A stretch of DNA of 57,054 nucleotides from a virus. Its lineage: Duplodnaviria; Caudoviricetes. The notes under the pieces are model-generated. The model made no database searches. It had not been told where the DNA came from and saw nothing but the letters and a program-made list of their open reading frames with translations. The stretch lies in the IMG/VR virus record IMGVR_UViG_3300046787_000098, positions 1 through 57,054 of that record. The stretch is one strand, 5' to 3'. This document shows, in pieces, positions 15,901-25,112 of this stretch. The translations under genes were made by a program, and so were the position numbers. Position 1 is the stretch's first letter. Each line of letters begins with the position of its first letter.

Positions 15901-18660
15901 CAACGTGTCAGCTTCTGTGTTGCCAATGTTGGTGTTGTTCTTTGCGGCGTTAGCGGCTACAGCCGCATCTACGCCCTCAAACTCGCCGCCTTTTAAGTTG
16001 TTGGCTGTGTTTGTCTTGAGTGCATCAGTCTCAAGTTCTTTGATTGTGTTTTCGGCGTTGTTGTTGTCGATGGTGTAAGTTTTTCCACCAAACGTAAACT
16101 TGCCATACCCAGCGGCATCAGCGGCCTGCATGGCGGCATTGACGTCCGTAGATCCTGTTGCATCAAATGTCAGAGCTTTATCAAGCTCAGAAGATACAGC
16201 GTCATTGATTGTTTTATTGGCTTCAATGGCTGTAGCAATACTACCTGTCGCAGAAGCTTTGGTTGCGGCTGTACCAGCAGTAAAGGCGGCATCAACCAAG
16301 TCGCCCAAAGATAAATCACCACCGTTTTTGATAGTGGTTGCAACTACACTTCTTGTGAAATCTTGTTGACCTTGAGATAAATCTTTAAAGCCCTCAATGT
16401 TATCTGTAATTTGCCCCACACCTACGTCAACAGCACCGCCAGCCAGCGATGTGATGATGTCAGCCTTGCCTTCGCTAGATACAAATTTTCCTACGCTCTT
16501 TCCGATTACGTTTGCGGCATCAACGCCAACAGAATTTACAAGGTCTGCGGAACCAGATATGTTCCCAGCAATCTCTCCACCAACGTATGTAAGCAAAGCG
16601 CCCTTGGCAATGTCTGTAACGCTCTTGCCCATTGCGGCTTGTAGTGCGGCTACGCCTGCGGGGCCCCCAAAGTAAGCGGCGGCGGCAGTTGCAATCTTTC
16701 CAAGCAACGGGCTATCTGCAAACAGTTTCACCAGATCATTGGATGAGGCGTATGTTGTGTAAAAAACAGGTGCGCCCTGTGAGAAGTCTACGCGGAATGC
16801 AGTATTGCCACTTCCAGCGGTTGTCCCACTCAGAATGTCGTCGCCTTGTTGGGCGGAAAAATTCTTGGCAATTGCTTCGCCAGTTTTTGTGTTGCCAAAT
16901 GTTGTTTTTCCTGTGTCAACTACAAGTTTGCCGTCTACTGTTTTAAGTTTTGATGGGTCAAGTTGGTTGTAGCCTTCATATCCATCATATTGACCATAAA
17001 TAGATTCAAGTTTTGCGTCCTTTGGAACCATGACAGTTCGATAGACCACATTACCTTCAGAGTCCGTTTCGCCACTTGGCTCACGATAATAGTATGAGCC
17101 GCCACCGTTGCCGTACTCGTCTGCACCAGTTAGATAGACTCTGTTGCCGTTGTACGTCTTACCAATTTCTTGTACGTCCTCATAAACGGGAACCTTGCCA
17201 AGATCATAAATGTTGTCAATCCCAACCTTTAAAAGAGCAGAAGCTATAGATGCGGCATTTGCTTCTGGAGAACCCCAACCTTGACCAGACCAATGTGCTG
17301 TAGTACCTTGGTCAAGAATCTGGTTGGTTAGTTTTACTAAGTTTGGATTTCCAACAACGGATTTGTCTAATGCGTTCCAGTTTTTCTCTTCTCTGCCGTC
17401 CGAATAAAAAGCTCTTCCATCTGACGTTAAAAACAAACCATTTTTTAAATCGATTGCGTTTTTAAAATCGTCACTTGATTGGAAATTTACTTGAGATGGA
17501 GACTGACGTCCCTCGTCTGCCCCAGAGCTTTCATAGTGCGATTGAGCATATTGATCGGGAGTCATGCCGTTGCTGTTTGCGGCGTATGCGGCGGCTACAT
17601 CAGGGTTAGCTTTAAGGTATGCATTTGAGGCGGCTGTATCTACTTTTGCTGTTTGAGACGCTTGAGCGGCTGTATCCGCTACGTTTGTGCCTTCAACATC
17701 ATCAATAGCTTCAGCAACCTCTACTGGCGTGCGACCACCTTTTTCTTGCACTTTATTGGCAACTTCAATCTTTTTATCTGGATTGAGTCGCTCGTACGCC
17801 TCCATGACAGACTTGTTGTAGACCTGCCATCCAGCATCATTAGGATGGATAAAGTCTGACAACAAAGACTTGTCTTGAAGAATTTGACCCATTGTGTCAA
17901 CAAGCGCGACATTTGAATATTTGTCGGCAATGTTGGTGTAAATTGAATCTAGCTCTGGGTTGAAGTTGTTTGTTTTTACATCTTCAAATGAAGCGGCGTA
18001 TGGTGAGCCAGTAAGAACAACATTGACCCCATCTTGTTTAAGTGTGGAAACAATTTGATCAATGTTATTTTGAATAACATCTTTGTTTTCACCGTAAACA
18101 AGATCAAGACCACCTGTTTGCAAGAACACCGTAGAGCCGGGCGCAAACGTACCGCCAGCACTTTTGTAATCATTTAACTGTTGGAGGGTTTCACCAGTTG
18201 TGGCGCCACCTACTGATGCGTCAAAAGTTGCCTGACCATTCAATGCGGTCAAGTCAGCCGCTAGTGTTGGGTTTAAGCTGTTCCAACTTGCACCAGCCAA
18301 AATATTCCCAGACAACTGATTGCCAGAAGTTGCTTGTTCAAGCGCACCCGTGGGCACTTGAGCGGCGGCGGCTTGACGATCCCATTCAGCTTGCTGTGCG
18401 GCGGCGTCTGCGGCCCATTTAGCCTCTTGCTCTGCGGCTAATCTTGCCCACTCAGCCTGCTGGGCTTCTGCCTGACGCGCCCACTCCGCTTGTTGCAGTG
18501 CGGCTTGCTGTGCCCAGTAGTCTTGGGCGCTTGTGTCAACAGGTTGTTGAAAAGCTTGGGTCAAAGCTCCAACATTATTGTCGGCGCTGGTGTCGTACCC
18601 GCCATAGTAGTCGTCGGTGTCTTCGAACAGGTTTGTTTTGTATATGTCTTTTAATGCCAT
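12937..18660 (-). CDS. 1907-aa multidomain virion protein: SGNH-hydrolase-like domain, repeats, C-terminal GxGDGxSD...DGEFV domain
   Basis: GASW/SVGGATT/GGLD/DFIHPN blocks; YLKANPDV..HY...G..EGR; three F(T)xxG(K/T)xY repeats; 18-aa repeats; (NA)n tract. Confidence 0.75.
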   Translation of the reverse strand: MALKDIYKTNLFEDTDDYYGGYDTSADNNVGALTQAFQQPVDTSAQDYWAQQAALQQAEWARQAEAQQAEWARLAAEQEAKWAADAAAQQAEWDRQAAAAQVPTGALEQATSGNQLSGNILAGASWNSLNPTLAADLTALNGQATFDASVGGATTGETLQQLNDYKSAGGTFAPGSTVFLQTGGLDLVYGENKDVIQNNIDQIVSTLKQDGVNVVLTGSPYAASFEDVKTNNFNPELDSIYTNIADKYSNVALVDTMGQILQDKSLLSDFIHPNDAGWQVYNKSVMEAYERLNPDKKIEVANKVQEKGGRTPVEVAEAIDDVEGTNVADTAAQASQTAKVDTAASNAYLKANPDVAAAYAANSNGMTPDQYAQSHYESSGADEGRQSPSQVNFQSSDDFKNAIDLKNGLFLTSDGRAFYSDGREEKNWNALDKSVVGNPNLVKLTNQILDQGTTAHWSGQGWGSPEANAASIASALLKVGIDNIYDLGKVPVYEDVQEIGKTYNGNRVYLTGADEYGNGGGSYYYREPSGETDSEGNVVYRTVMVPKDAKLESIYGQYDGYEGYNQLDPSKLKTVDGKLVVDTGKTTFGNTKTGEAIAKNFSAQQGDDILSGTTAGSGNTAFRVDFSQGAPVFYTTYASSNDLVKLFADSPLLGKIATAAAAYFGGPAGVAALQAAMGKSVTDIAKGALLTYVGGEIAGNISGSADLVNSVGVDAANVIGKSVGKFVSSEGKADIITSLAGGAVDVGVGQITDNIEGFKDLSQGQQDFTRSVVATTIKNGGDLSLGDLVDAAFTAGTAATKASATGSIATAIEANKTINDAVSSELDKALTFDATGSTDVNAAMQAADAAGYGKFTFGGKTYTIDNNNAENTIKELETDALKTNTANNLKGGEFEGVDAAVAANAAKNNTNIGNTEADTLEEAAALAKARNPTGTTFTYGGTTYTMGASGEAVDKAFNEAKATELKNNIANASSRDEAFRLAREGGLGAKDVFTWNGKSYSAATAEERPDLAGPSIESLNKANLSTVTDASKTVAAQSDTAARATAADELAKQQAAATKKIESTGFFSNLANTIQNQMKLSSEAAQDYLKNNPNSPITNSVSTAYEAAGNMQKNVAGGLSLITDNKPLADAFVKSGDDLTKFGQSIGNGVVDTKNWNETTSLIQNAKGWEKLGILAGRIMDGNSGLGRQVEVELRQELPGLFLGGGTVKGILLATGAMDVAETTGNAALETYDESIKAGKSHADALSDARKAGAAAGLAETAVQLTLGKVADVVVGKVGNVVGKAGSKVVGETFTEAGQEGGSSLAVNAVLGQELDANKALTQTILGGAVGKGTAVATSPTDIATSTTINNNITAAVTAGDKAGVNTAITNSVQQSLSNGASVEVAVGSTVNSAITNGADASASITTAVSSAVTSGADVTQTVTTSIDSAITAGANTTTAINSTVSSAITSGADVSKTVSSSITAATNAGVNANTAINNTVSSAITSSIQTGANASTSINTAVTSAVTTALTSNVNSNAAVTTAVDSAVTTALSSNVNANTAITTSVTAAINAAVTTNANANANANANANANANANVNANVNANVNANVNSNVTTVTKNAVTSAVTAAINSGVDTNTAVNAAVNAAVNANVNTNVNINIDELKKLATDTATKTQETVVLRDKVNDLISGSLTATPETPTSKTTSTSKKGAGLTAGLIGGAAMAGDLDRLPPQMLKAYMTQDKFIDPLAKLQALQEDMNTEKMPETPQVNTQEPDMPDQGTWKYGNAPDDIDTLFDEEEEAPAFKEGGFVAPLQMASGGAMALPLLAKSGGALGALPRPDGRMDFRHGAHVAGEGDGQSDDIKAMLADGEFVFPADVVSALGNGSTKAGSDKLYEMMHAIRARARSKKPKDLPPPALKSPLDYLKKKR

Positions 18661-18661
18661 A

Positions 18662-18922
18662 TCAGTTCACCGATGGGTTGACAGCGTTGACAAGGGCTTC
18701 GGCCCATTCTTGCCAGTCGGAGTAGTTGTAGGGGCTAGGGATGCCCTCGTTCGTAAACACGTCGATCCCCTTCAAGCCTGCCGCCCACGATTGCCAATCC
18801 GTATTTGCGTCTGGGACTGACAACTGTTGCGTAGCATACAGCTCGCACATAAGGGAAGCCCACGACTCAAAGCTGTGATACCTTGGGTCGTAGACCTGAG
18901 CGACGTTAAGTACGTTTGCCAT
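18662..18922 (-). CDS. Hypothetical protein (Trp-rich)
   Basis: 86-aa ORF coupled between the nozzle and the 1907-aa gene. Confidence 0.75.
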   Translation of the reverse strand: MANVLNVAQVYDPRYHSFESWASLMCELYATQQLSVPDANTDWQSWAAGLKGIDVFTNEGIPSPYNYSDWQEWAEALVNAVNPSVN

Positions 18923-20904
18923 TATGGTCTCACATCGCCCATGTCTGCATCGAGAACGACCTTACCAAGTTGGTAGTCGCCACCAGCCACATTAGAGACA
19001 AACTTCAATCGAAGTTCACGGCGTTGCTCACGCATGTCAATCTTGCCCGTCTCTGGAGCAAAGGTATATGGGCCAGTCGTCACGTCATCAGTCTTAGCAA
19101 AAGAGCTACCAGTGACATACAAATCCATGTCGCCTTCTTGGATGAAGTCAGGCTCAACACGTTCTAAGCGTAGCCAACGGTTCTCGCCAACAGGATTAGG
19201 TTGTGATGGGCCACCAGATACCCAGCCAAGGTCATTGGTCTCGAAGTAGGACTCGATGGCAAGCACGTTTGTGTCTTGCACAGCATCTGTTCCAATCTCG
19301 TGTTGCCACAGAGAAACAAAGTCAACCACTTCGTCCACAGTGATCACCAAACCAGAACCAGCAGGAATTGATGCAGACAAGGTATCACCAACAACATAAT
19401 CAACGCCTTTGTTGTAGATTGTGACCGTAGTAACGATACCACCAGCCACCACAATCGTAGCTGTAGCGCCTGAGCCACTTCCGCCTGTCAGGGCTTGGTT
19501 TGTGTAGGTTCCGTTTGTGTAGGACGTACCAGCGGTGGTCAGGGTGACTTCGTTCACGCCGCCAACCTCATTGGTTTCCCAAGACGCCGCGATTGGGTAG
19601 TGGAAGACCTGCGAGAAGTAGCCAGCAGAACGACGAGCACCAATGGCTTGACCAGCGTCATACCATGTGTTCTCGCGCACGTTGTAGATGATCGCGTCTG
19701 TGCACTCAGTAGCGTTGCCACGAGGGTAGAACCACCAGATCTCACCAAAGCGAGGAACCTTGGACACCCAAATCTTCTCGCGCTGGGCGTAGTTCAGGTT
19801 GTCAAAGAAGTAGTTCTGGTTCATGGAGTTAGGGATCTCCTTCACAACACCGTTGTAAAGCAAGAATCGGTCAACACCACACCAGTAGTAGATACCGTCG
19901 TACTCAATCACTGACTGAGAAGACAGGATAGACGACTGAGAAGAAACCAAGTCATAGCGCCAGTACTGGGGAGGTGTACCAGCTCCACCGATGAATGACA
20001 CACGGATTAGGCTGTCAAGGCTCCAAAACAGCCCAGAAGGCGCGTTTGAGCCACCCCTGACGGGTAGCCCTTGGACAATCTTTCCAGTAGCTACAGAGAC
20101 CTCATTTGCGTCAGCAGAGACCCAGTCTTGAATATTTCCTGCTGAGCAGTTTCTGATCAAGCCGTTGTTGCCGTACACAAACACGTAAGGGTGAAGCGTA
20201 ACCACGCCACCAGAGACGGATACGTTGTTGTCAAAGGTCAGCGTAATAGACGAGCCATTTGCTGTGGCGTTGGCGGAGATCACCAAAGCCGTAGTGCTAA
20301 TTGAGACAACGGTGGCGCCAGCAGGAATACCAGTGCCAGACACAGATTGACCAGCGCCAATCAGAAGGTTTGCTGAGGCCAGCGTGATGTTAGGCGAGCC
20401 GTTTGTAACCGTAGCCGCAACTTCGGTGAATACGCCAATAGCTGACAGAGAGGTGCCAGTGATGTCGCCACCCAAGACGGGGGTGTTGATGTTGTTGTCG
20501 ATGAGGGTGAGAGACTGCCCCGGGTGCGCCAACAACAAATTATTCCCAGATCCGCTCACGTCATAGAACGCATCAAACTGCCACAGGTTGTTGTCTGAGG
20601 CGGTGAAGTTAGACAGCGTCATGTCTGTGATGCCAGAGCCTACGCCGTTGTTGTCAATAGGAACAACTTGTAAGCCCTGTGAGTGACCACTGAAGACGTT
20701 GTTAAAGCTTTGCTGTGGGTTGACATAGATGCCACGAGATGGGCCTGAGAGGCCAGCGGTGATCTGGCGGTAGCCACCAATCTTGCGAGGGCGTCCACGC
20801 TGGAACCTGACCCAACGTCCGTCGTTGTAGAAGTCTTTGTCGAAGACCGTGCCATCGCGCTGGATGCCCGGCTTCGTGTCGAGAGCAAAGACTTTTTTGG
20901 TCAT
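18922..20904 (-). CDS. Tail nozzle / head-closure protein (beta-propeller-like)
   Basis: KPGIQRDGT...WVRFQRGRPRKIGG start; FGEIWWFYP...CT.AIIYN..ENTWY; size and position. Confidence 0.65.
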   Translation of the reverse strand: MTKKVFALDTKPGIQRDGTVFDKDFYNDGRWVRFQRGRPRKIGGYRQITAGLSGPSRGIYVNPQQSFNNVFSGHSQGLQVVPIDNNGVGSGITDMTLSNFTASDNNLWQFDAFYDVSGSGNNLLLAHPGQSLTLIDNNINTPVLGGDITGTSLSAIGVFTEVAATVTNGSPNITLASANLLIGAGQSVSGTGIPAGATVVSISTTALVISANATANGSSITLTFDNNVSVSGGVVTLHPYVFVYGNNGLIRNCSAGNIQDWVSADANEVSVATGKIVQGLPVRGGSNAPSGLFWSLDSLIRVSFIGGAGTPPQYWRYDLVSSQSSILSSQSVIEYDGIYYWCGVDRFLLYNGVVKEIPNSMNQNYFFDNLNYAQREKIWVSKVPRFGEIWWFYPRGNATECTDAIIYNVRENTWYDAGQAIGARRSAGYFSQVFHYPIAASWETNEVGGVNEVTLTTAGTSYTNGTYTNQALTGGSGSGATATIVVAGGIVTTVTIYNKGVDYVVGDTLSASIPAGSGLVITVDEVVDFVSLWQHEIGTDAVQDTNVLAIESYFETNDLGWVSGGPSQPNPVGENRWLRLERVEPDFIQEGDMDLYVTGSSFAKTDDVTTGPYTFAPETGKIDMREQRRELRLKFVSNVAGGDYQLGKVVLDADMGDVRP

Positions 20905-22133
20905 TAGAACGAGCCCCCAGCAACACCACCCGTGAAGTTACCAGTACCAACAATTGCCAAACCAGACGCTGACAGCGTTGATCTCAAAACACCCAAGATA
21001 GCTGTGTTGAACTCGCCAGACGTTGCACGGTACAAACCAGTGTTTGTTTCAGAGGCATAACTTAGCGCAGGAGCACCTACGGTTCCGTCACTCAACGATA
21101 CGGTTGTAATAGAACCAGCTTGAGACGTGTTGGCATTAAAGAAGTTAGTACCGTCGCACGCCAAAGTCACCTGTTGACCAGAAGGAATGGTCACAGATGT
21201 TCCTACGCCAGTGCCCACGGTCAGCGTAAAGCCACCAGCGGTCACAGAGTTCTTGATCACGTACAGGTTCACCACTGGTGGGTAAACAACTGTTACGTTA
21301 CCAGTCAAGGTTCCTGTGTAGGTCTGAATGGTGTTTGATGCTTCGCTGGCGCTCAAGGTGTAAGAGCCAGAAGTCACAGCCTTCACCAAAGAGGTGTAGA
21401 AGAACTGTGAGCTGACGCCGTAACCAACAGTGATGTAGGTTGTTCCTGTACAGACAATAAAAGCAGACTCACTAGGAGCAAATGTCTTGGTCGATGCGCC
21501 ATCAATGTTGTCAGAGGCGGAGATAACCATTGAACCAGTGCCACTGTTCTTGAACAGGGTGAACCAGTTGTTACCTAGAGTTGCAACCGATGGAAGCGTA
21601 TAAGTACCAGCGCCACCAGTCCAAACGGAAGTCTGAGCACGGTCAGTGGTTGCAAAGGTTCCAGCGTCCACCAAGGTCTGAGAAGGGTGGCTTTGGTTCA
21701 GCGTAACGCCATCAGCAACCAAACCAAGGCCAGCCAAAGTGCCTGCGTCAGCAGAAGAGGTTCCTGTGCCAAAAGCAATGGTTCCCCATGTGCCTGTGAC
21801 CGTTGGGTTTGCTGTGATGTAGACGTACTTGGACTCACCAGCGGCTACAGAGATGATTGTGTTTGCGCCAGCGTAGTCTTTAACCGTGAAGGTATTTGCA
21901 CCGACGTTGCGGATTAGGGCATCTTGACCAACAGAGGCTTGATCAGCAGGAGGCATGTACAGGCTCAGACCTGTAGTCGTTGCCGTGACCTGCATGATTC
22001 GAGCGGCGTAGTCGTCAGTGGCGTTGCCGTTGATAGGCCACTGTAACTGGGTGTTAGCACTCAGCGTAACGGCACGATAAGAAACGTCCGTCGGTTGAAT
22101 GACGTTGCCTGTGAATGGTGAGTTGTAGCTCAT
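20904..22133 (-). CDS. Tail-associated beta-rich structural protein
   Basis: Thr/Gly-rich; DGTVGAPALSYASETNTGLYR; ends GGSF. Confidence 0.6.
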   Translation of the reverse strand: MSYNSPFTGNVIQPTDVSYRAVTLSANTQLQWPINGNATDDYAARIMQVTATTTGLSLYMPPADQASVGQDALIRNVGANTFTVKDYAGANTIISVAAGESKYVYITANPTVTGTWGTIAFGTGTSSADAGTLAGLGLVADGVTLNQSHPSQTLVDAGTFATTDRAQTSVWTGGAGTYTLPSVATLGNNWFTLFKNSGTGSMVISASDNIDGASTKTFAPSESAFIVCTGTTYITVGYGVSSQFFYTSLVKAVTSGSYTLSASEASNTIQTYTGTLTGNVTVVYPPVVNLYVIKNSVTAGGFTLTVGTGVGTSVTIPSGQQVTLACDGTNFFNANTSQAGSITTVSLSDGTVGAPALSYASETNTGLYRATSGEFNTAILGVLRSTLSASGLAIVGTGNFTGGVAGGSF

Positions 22134-22141
22134 GTTAGTCC

Positions 22142-22777
22142 TTAACTGTCATTGGCGACCGCCTGACGGTCTGCAATACGCAACTTGTCCTCTGCTGTCA
22201 GGATGTCCATGATCAGCTTGTATTGACCCTGCCACATAGGAATACGGTCATCGTTCTTGAGGAACGGCATCGCCTGAAGGAGAGATCCGTACAGCAAAGC
22301 TTGAGGTGCGTAAATGGTGAACCAGTTGGTTTGGTTAGAGCTGTCCAAAGGCTGAACGCGCTCGTAATACAAGACCTCAAAGTTGTAAGCCGCATCAGGC
22401 GTAGGCGCCACCATCCAGTGGGTGTAGTCATAGTCACAGTAGAAGACTGGTGTGCCCTCTAGTGTGGGGTTAGGCCAGTACTCACGGAGGTACTCGTACC
22501 TGCGAGTTAAAACAGGCTGGCGTGCACCATCCACAGTGATGTTCATAGATACGGTTTTGTGCCAACGGGCAGGCTTGTCAATCACGTTTGCACCAGCGGT
22601 CATTGTGCTGGTGTTGACTGTCAGGTTGCCCAAGAACTTGATCTGAGAGGCAATAACCTGCTCAGCCAGCATAATGAAAAGGGGGATCTTGTCCAGCGTG
22701 GCGGCGTCAGTACGCTCCAGATAGGACTGGATATTTTCGACCAAACTGTCATAGGTCATAACACTTGCGGTCGTCAT
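22142..22777 (-). CDS. Head-tail adaptor (tail tubular protein A-like)
   Basis: TYDSL...I..YLER...FI.LAE; VAPTPD..Y..E.LYY; TNW....P..LLYG.L. Confidence 0.7.
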   Translation of the reverse strand: MTTASVMTYDSLVENIQSYLERTDAATLDKIPLFIMLAEQVIASQIKFLGNLTVNTSTMTAGANVIDKPARWHKTVSMNITVDGARQPVLTRRYEYLREYWPNPTLEGTPVFYCDYDYTHWMVAPTPDAAYNFEVLYYERVQPLDSSNQTNWFTIYAPQALLYGSLLQAMPFLKNDDRIPMWQGQYKLIMDILTAEDKLRIADRQAVANDS

Positions 22778-22804
22778 GCTCTCACCTCGTAGATTCGTTG
22801 GGGC

Positions 22805-22833
22805 ATTTTAGTCTGCCTTTTAGCTTGTGACAA
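22805..22833 (-). promoter_or_regulatory. Sigma70 promoter after the lysis cassette
   Basis: TTGTCA-17 bp-TAAAAT followed by GAGGTG RBS. Confidence 0.65.
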
Positions 22834-22835
22834 GG

Positions 22836-23273
22836 CTACTTACTAGCCACGCCCTTTGTTTTCTCAACAGAGCGCATACCAGCGATACCCAAGATACCTG
22901 TCAGGATCACCCACAGTTGCTCAGCATCGAGGACTGGAGGAGGCTCCAAACCTACTGGAACCCATCCTGTTGCCTGCGCCCACTTCCAGATCCACTGAAA
23001 CATAGGGTAGAGCAAGAACTGGTAGCCCAAAGCGGCAACACCGATCCAGCCAATGGCAGGTCGCCAGCCAGACACAAACACGCTAGAGGACGCCGCCTCG
23101 ACCTTGTTGACCTCGATCTGAGCCAAGTTAGTCGCTTGGTCGATTTTCTTCTCTTCTAGGTCGAGCTTTCGTTGCTCAAGATCCATCTCCATCCGCTCTT
23201 TGTCAGTGGTGACCAGATCGCCAGCAACCTTGCCGACAGCCTCAATAATTGATCCTACGCCAAGCAAGCTCAT
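22836..23273 (-). CDS. Holin of the 3TM (GTA-release-like) family
   Basis: EA.SSS.FVSGWRPAIGW...LG.AG.RS.EK.KG signature; start at MSLLGVG. Confidence 0.8.
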   Translation of the reverse strand: MSLLGVGSIIEAVGKVAGDLVTTDKERMEMDLEQRKLDLEEKKIDQATNLAQIEVNKVEAASSSVFVSGWRPAIGWIGVAALGYQFLLYPMFQWIWKWAQATGWVPVGLEPPPVLDAEQLWVILTGILGIAGMRSVEKTKGVASK

Positions 23274-23785
23274 GCCAGACCTTTCAGTGTTCGGTTGATC
23301 CAGCCAAGCAAGAACTTGGATTGAGTCCTGTTTTTGTTGCAAATTTCAGCGTAACGGGCTATTTTTGCCAAGGCATACGCCTGTTTGAACTGCTGTCCGT
23401 CAGTGATCAGGTTCAGCTTTTCGACTGTTTTTGCACCAATTCCACCGTCTGGAGTAGCTCCAACGACCAATTGGGCAAGCTTTATAGCCATGCCCATGCC
23501 AGCATTTACCCCGAAGTTAAAAATGGTGTTGGCAACCTCTTGATTGGTGATCTCATTGCCACGCATCTTGTCCCAGAACTCAGCGCGGTAGAACTCACGC
23601 ACCATGCCTGTCAAAGATCCGCCGAATTCCTTCTTGTCGACCAGAGGCCATCCGCTCCACTGAGGGTTTTTGTTACGGGCGATGCCTGCGTAGGTCATGC
23701 CACCTGTGTCGCCCTCGACGTCGTGGAGGATGTAGCCACCCTCGTCCTTGATCATTAGCTCAAAAGCTGGTTCAAACTGTGCCAT
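23270..23785 (-). CDS. Endolysin, glycoside hydrolase family 108 with peptidoglycan-binding domain
   Basis: EGGY...DTGG.T..GI; FGVNAG; DGGIGAKT; KFLLGWINR. Confidence 0.9.
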   Translation of the reverse strand: MAQFEPAFELMIKDEGGYILHDVEGDTGGMTYAGIARNKNPQWSGWPLVDKKEFGGSLTGMVREFYRAEFWDKMRGNEITNQEVANTIFNFGVNAGMGMAIKLAQLVVGATPDGGIGAKTVEKLNLITDGQQFKQAYALAKIARYAEICNKNRTQSKFLLGWINRTLKGLA

Positions 23786-23786
23786 G

Positions 23787-24485
23787 TTATTCGTCCGCCA
23801 TGTCTGTTGCCGCCAAGTTGATGCGAGTCTTCAATGCGGCGATGTCTTCGGGCTTTTCCTTGAAGCCAACAGCCACGTAGCCTGCAAACTTGCCCATATC
23901 AGGGGGGATGGAGCCACGGCACATAAACTTCACGCCCTGTTTGGCTCCCCACTCACCAACTTTGGAGGATGGGCTGAACTCTTCGCACAGAACTTCACCG
24001 TTGAGCATGGCAACCATGGCGGCATTACGATCAGCGCTGGCGTTGAACAAGGAAGTCACAGTGCCTTCCATCTTTTTCTCGCGTGAGCCATCAGAATTGA
24101 GCGCCAGCATGGTCGTGCGTGAGTTGGTGGCTAGGTTAGCCTTGTGAACCAGCACAATCAAACCGTCCACGTCCTTCATCAAGCTCTGTGCAGGCTCAAT
24201 CAATTCGTCTTGTTTGACAAGCTGAGGCATGTTGTCTTGGTTTTGGATGGCGTGCAGGATCACTTGACGCGAATCCCAAGCGAAGTAGCCAGCGAAGGCC
24301 AAGAAGCTCAACAGGATCACTGTGAACAGCTTAAAAGGGCTGTCAACCCACTTAATCAGGTCTGTGACGCGACCAATTGCATCAGTCGAGGGTTTGGGTG
24401 CAGGAGCCTCTACGACCGCTGGTTTGGGCTTTGGTGTGCGCCGCTTAACTGGAGCGACCTTGGCTGGAGCTTTTTTAGTGACCAT
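23787..24485 (-). CDS. Single-TM protein with GAF-like C-terminal domain; T4-T-like holin candidate
   Basis: N-terminal TM, then a domain ending MCRGSIPP..G.FAGYVAVGF; located in the lysis cassette. Confidence 0.45.
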   Translation of the reverse strand: MVTKKAPAKVAPVKRRTPKPKPAVVEAPAPKPSTDAIGRVTDLIKWVDSPFKLFTVILLSFLAFAGYFAWDSRQVILHAIQNQDNMPQLVKQDELIEPAQSLMKDVDGLIVLVHKANLATNSRTTMLALNSDGSREKKMEGTVTSLFNASADRNAAMVAMLNGEVLCEEFSPSSKVGEWGAKQGVKFMCRGSIPPDMGKFAGYVAVGFKEKPEDIAALKTRINLAATDMADE

Positions 24486-24491
24486 AAATCC

Positions 24492-24731
24492 TCATACGTA
24501 TTTGTCAAACCGTCTTGTGTTGTTGAATATTTCCAACTCAATTGTATTTTGCCGTGCTCGTTTGTTGTACAACTCGATCTCAAGTGCGTCAACAGCTTTG
24601 TTCACCTTCTCAGCTTCCACAGCCAACTTGTACTCATACTCCAGTCGTTCCGCTCTTTTCTCGGCGGCTATTGCCTTGACATCGTATGGAGTGGGAAACA
24701 CAAACGGATACCATTTGCGAAGCTGAATCAT
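24492..24731 (-). CDS. Hypothetical coiled-coil protein in lysis cassette
   Basis: 79-aa coupled ORF. Confidence 0.65.
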   Translation of the reverse strand: MIQLRKWYPFVFPTPYDVKAIAAEKRAERLEYEYKLAVEAEKVNKAVDALEIELYNKRARQNTIELEIFNNTRRFDKYV

Positions 24732-25015
24732 TTTTTCTCAAGCTCAACCGCCCTCGCGTAGTAAAACAAAACTTTCCCACGTAGTTCTGCGCTGTCAGCA
24801 ACACCTGCCCACTCCGACAGATTGTTCCAAATCGCTACCAACTGCTCCGAACTGCAACTTGTGCCATTTGTGGTGAGCCACTGCGAAAGTTTTTGGTGTC
24901 TCTCGGACGGGTTGTGTATCGTCCACGACAGGACATAGAAGTCCGACACAAGGCACATGTCCTTCGCTGTCGCACCTGCTAGTAACAGCATCAGTGGGAG
25001 AAGTAGCCAACGCAT
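24728..25015 (-). CDS. Secreted small protein with signal peptide (antiholin-like candidate)
   Basis: MRWLLLPLMLLLAGATA signal; two Cys. Confidence 0.6.
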   Translation of the reverse strand: MRWLLLPLMLLLAGATAKDMCLVSDFYVLSWTIHNPSERHQKLSQWLTTNGTSCSSEQLVAIWNNLSEWAGVADSAELRGKVLFYYARAVELEKK

Positions 25016-25111
25016 TTACCATATCCCAGCCCATGCAATAACGTATGTGCAAAAGATCACAAAGAAGGTGACTGTGATGGCGGCTACGATAGCTTCCACC
25101 CAATCCCACAT
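25016..25111 (-). CDS. 31-aa membrane peptide (not in ORF track)
   Basis: MWDWVEAIVAAITVTFFVIFCTYVIAWAGIW fills the gap exactly. Confidence 0.55.
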   Translation of the reverse strand: MWDWVEAIVAAITVTFFVIFCTYVIAWAGIW

Positions 25112-25112
25112 G

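Noticed and set aside
12937-18660. 1907-aa gene as a siphovirus tape measure protein
   Set aside because: No major tail tube or tail chaperone frameshift pair was recognised; the context (adaptor, nozzle, SLT ejection protein) fits a short-tailed virion.
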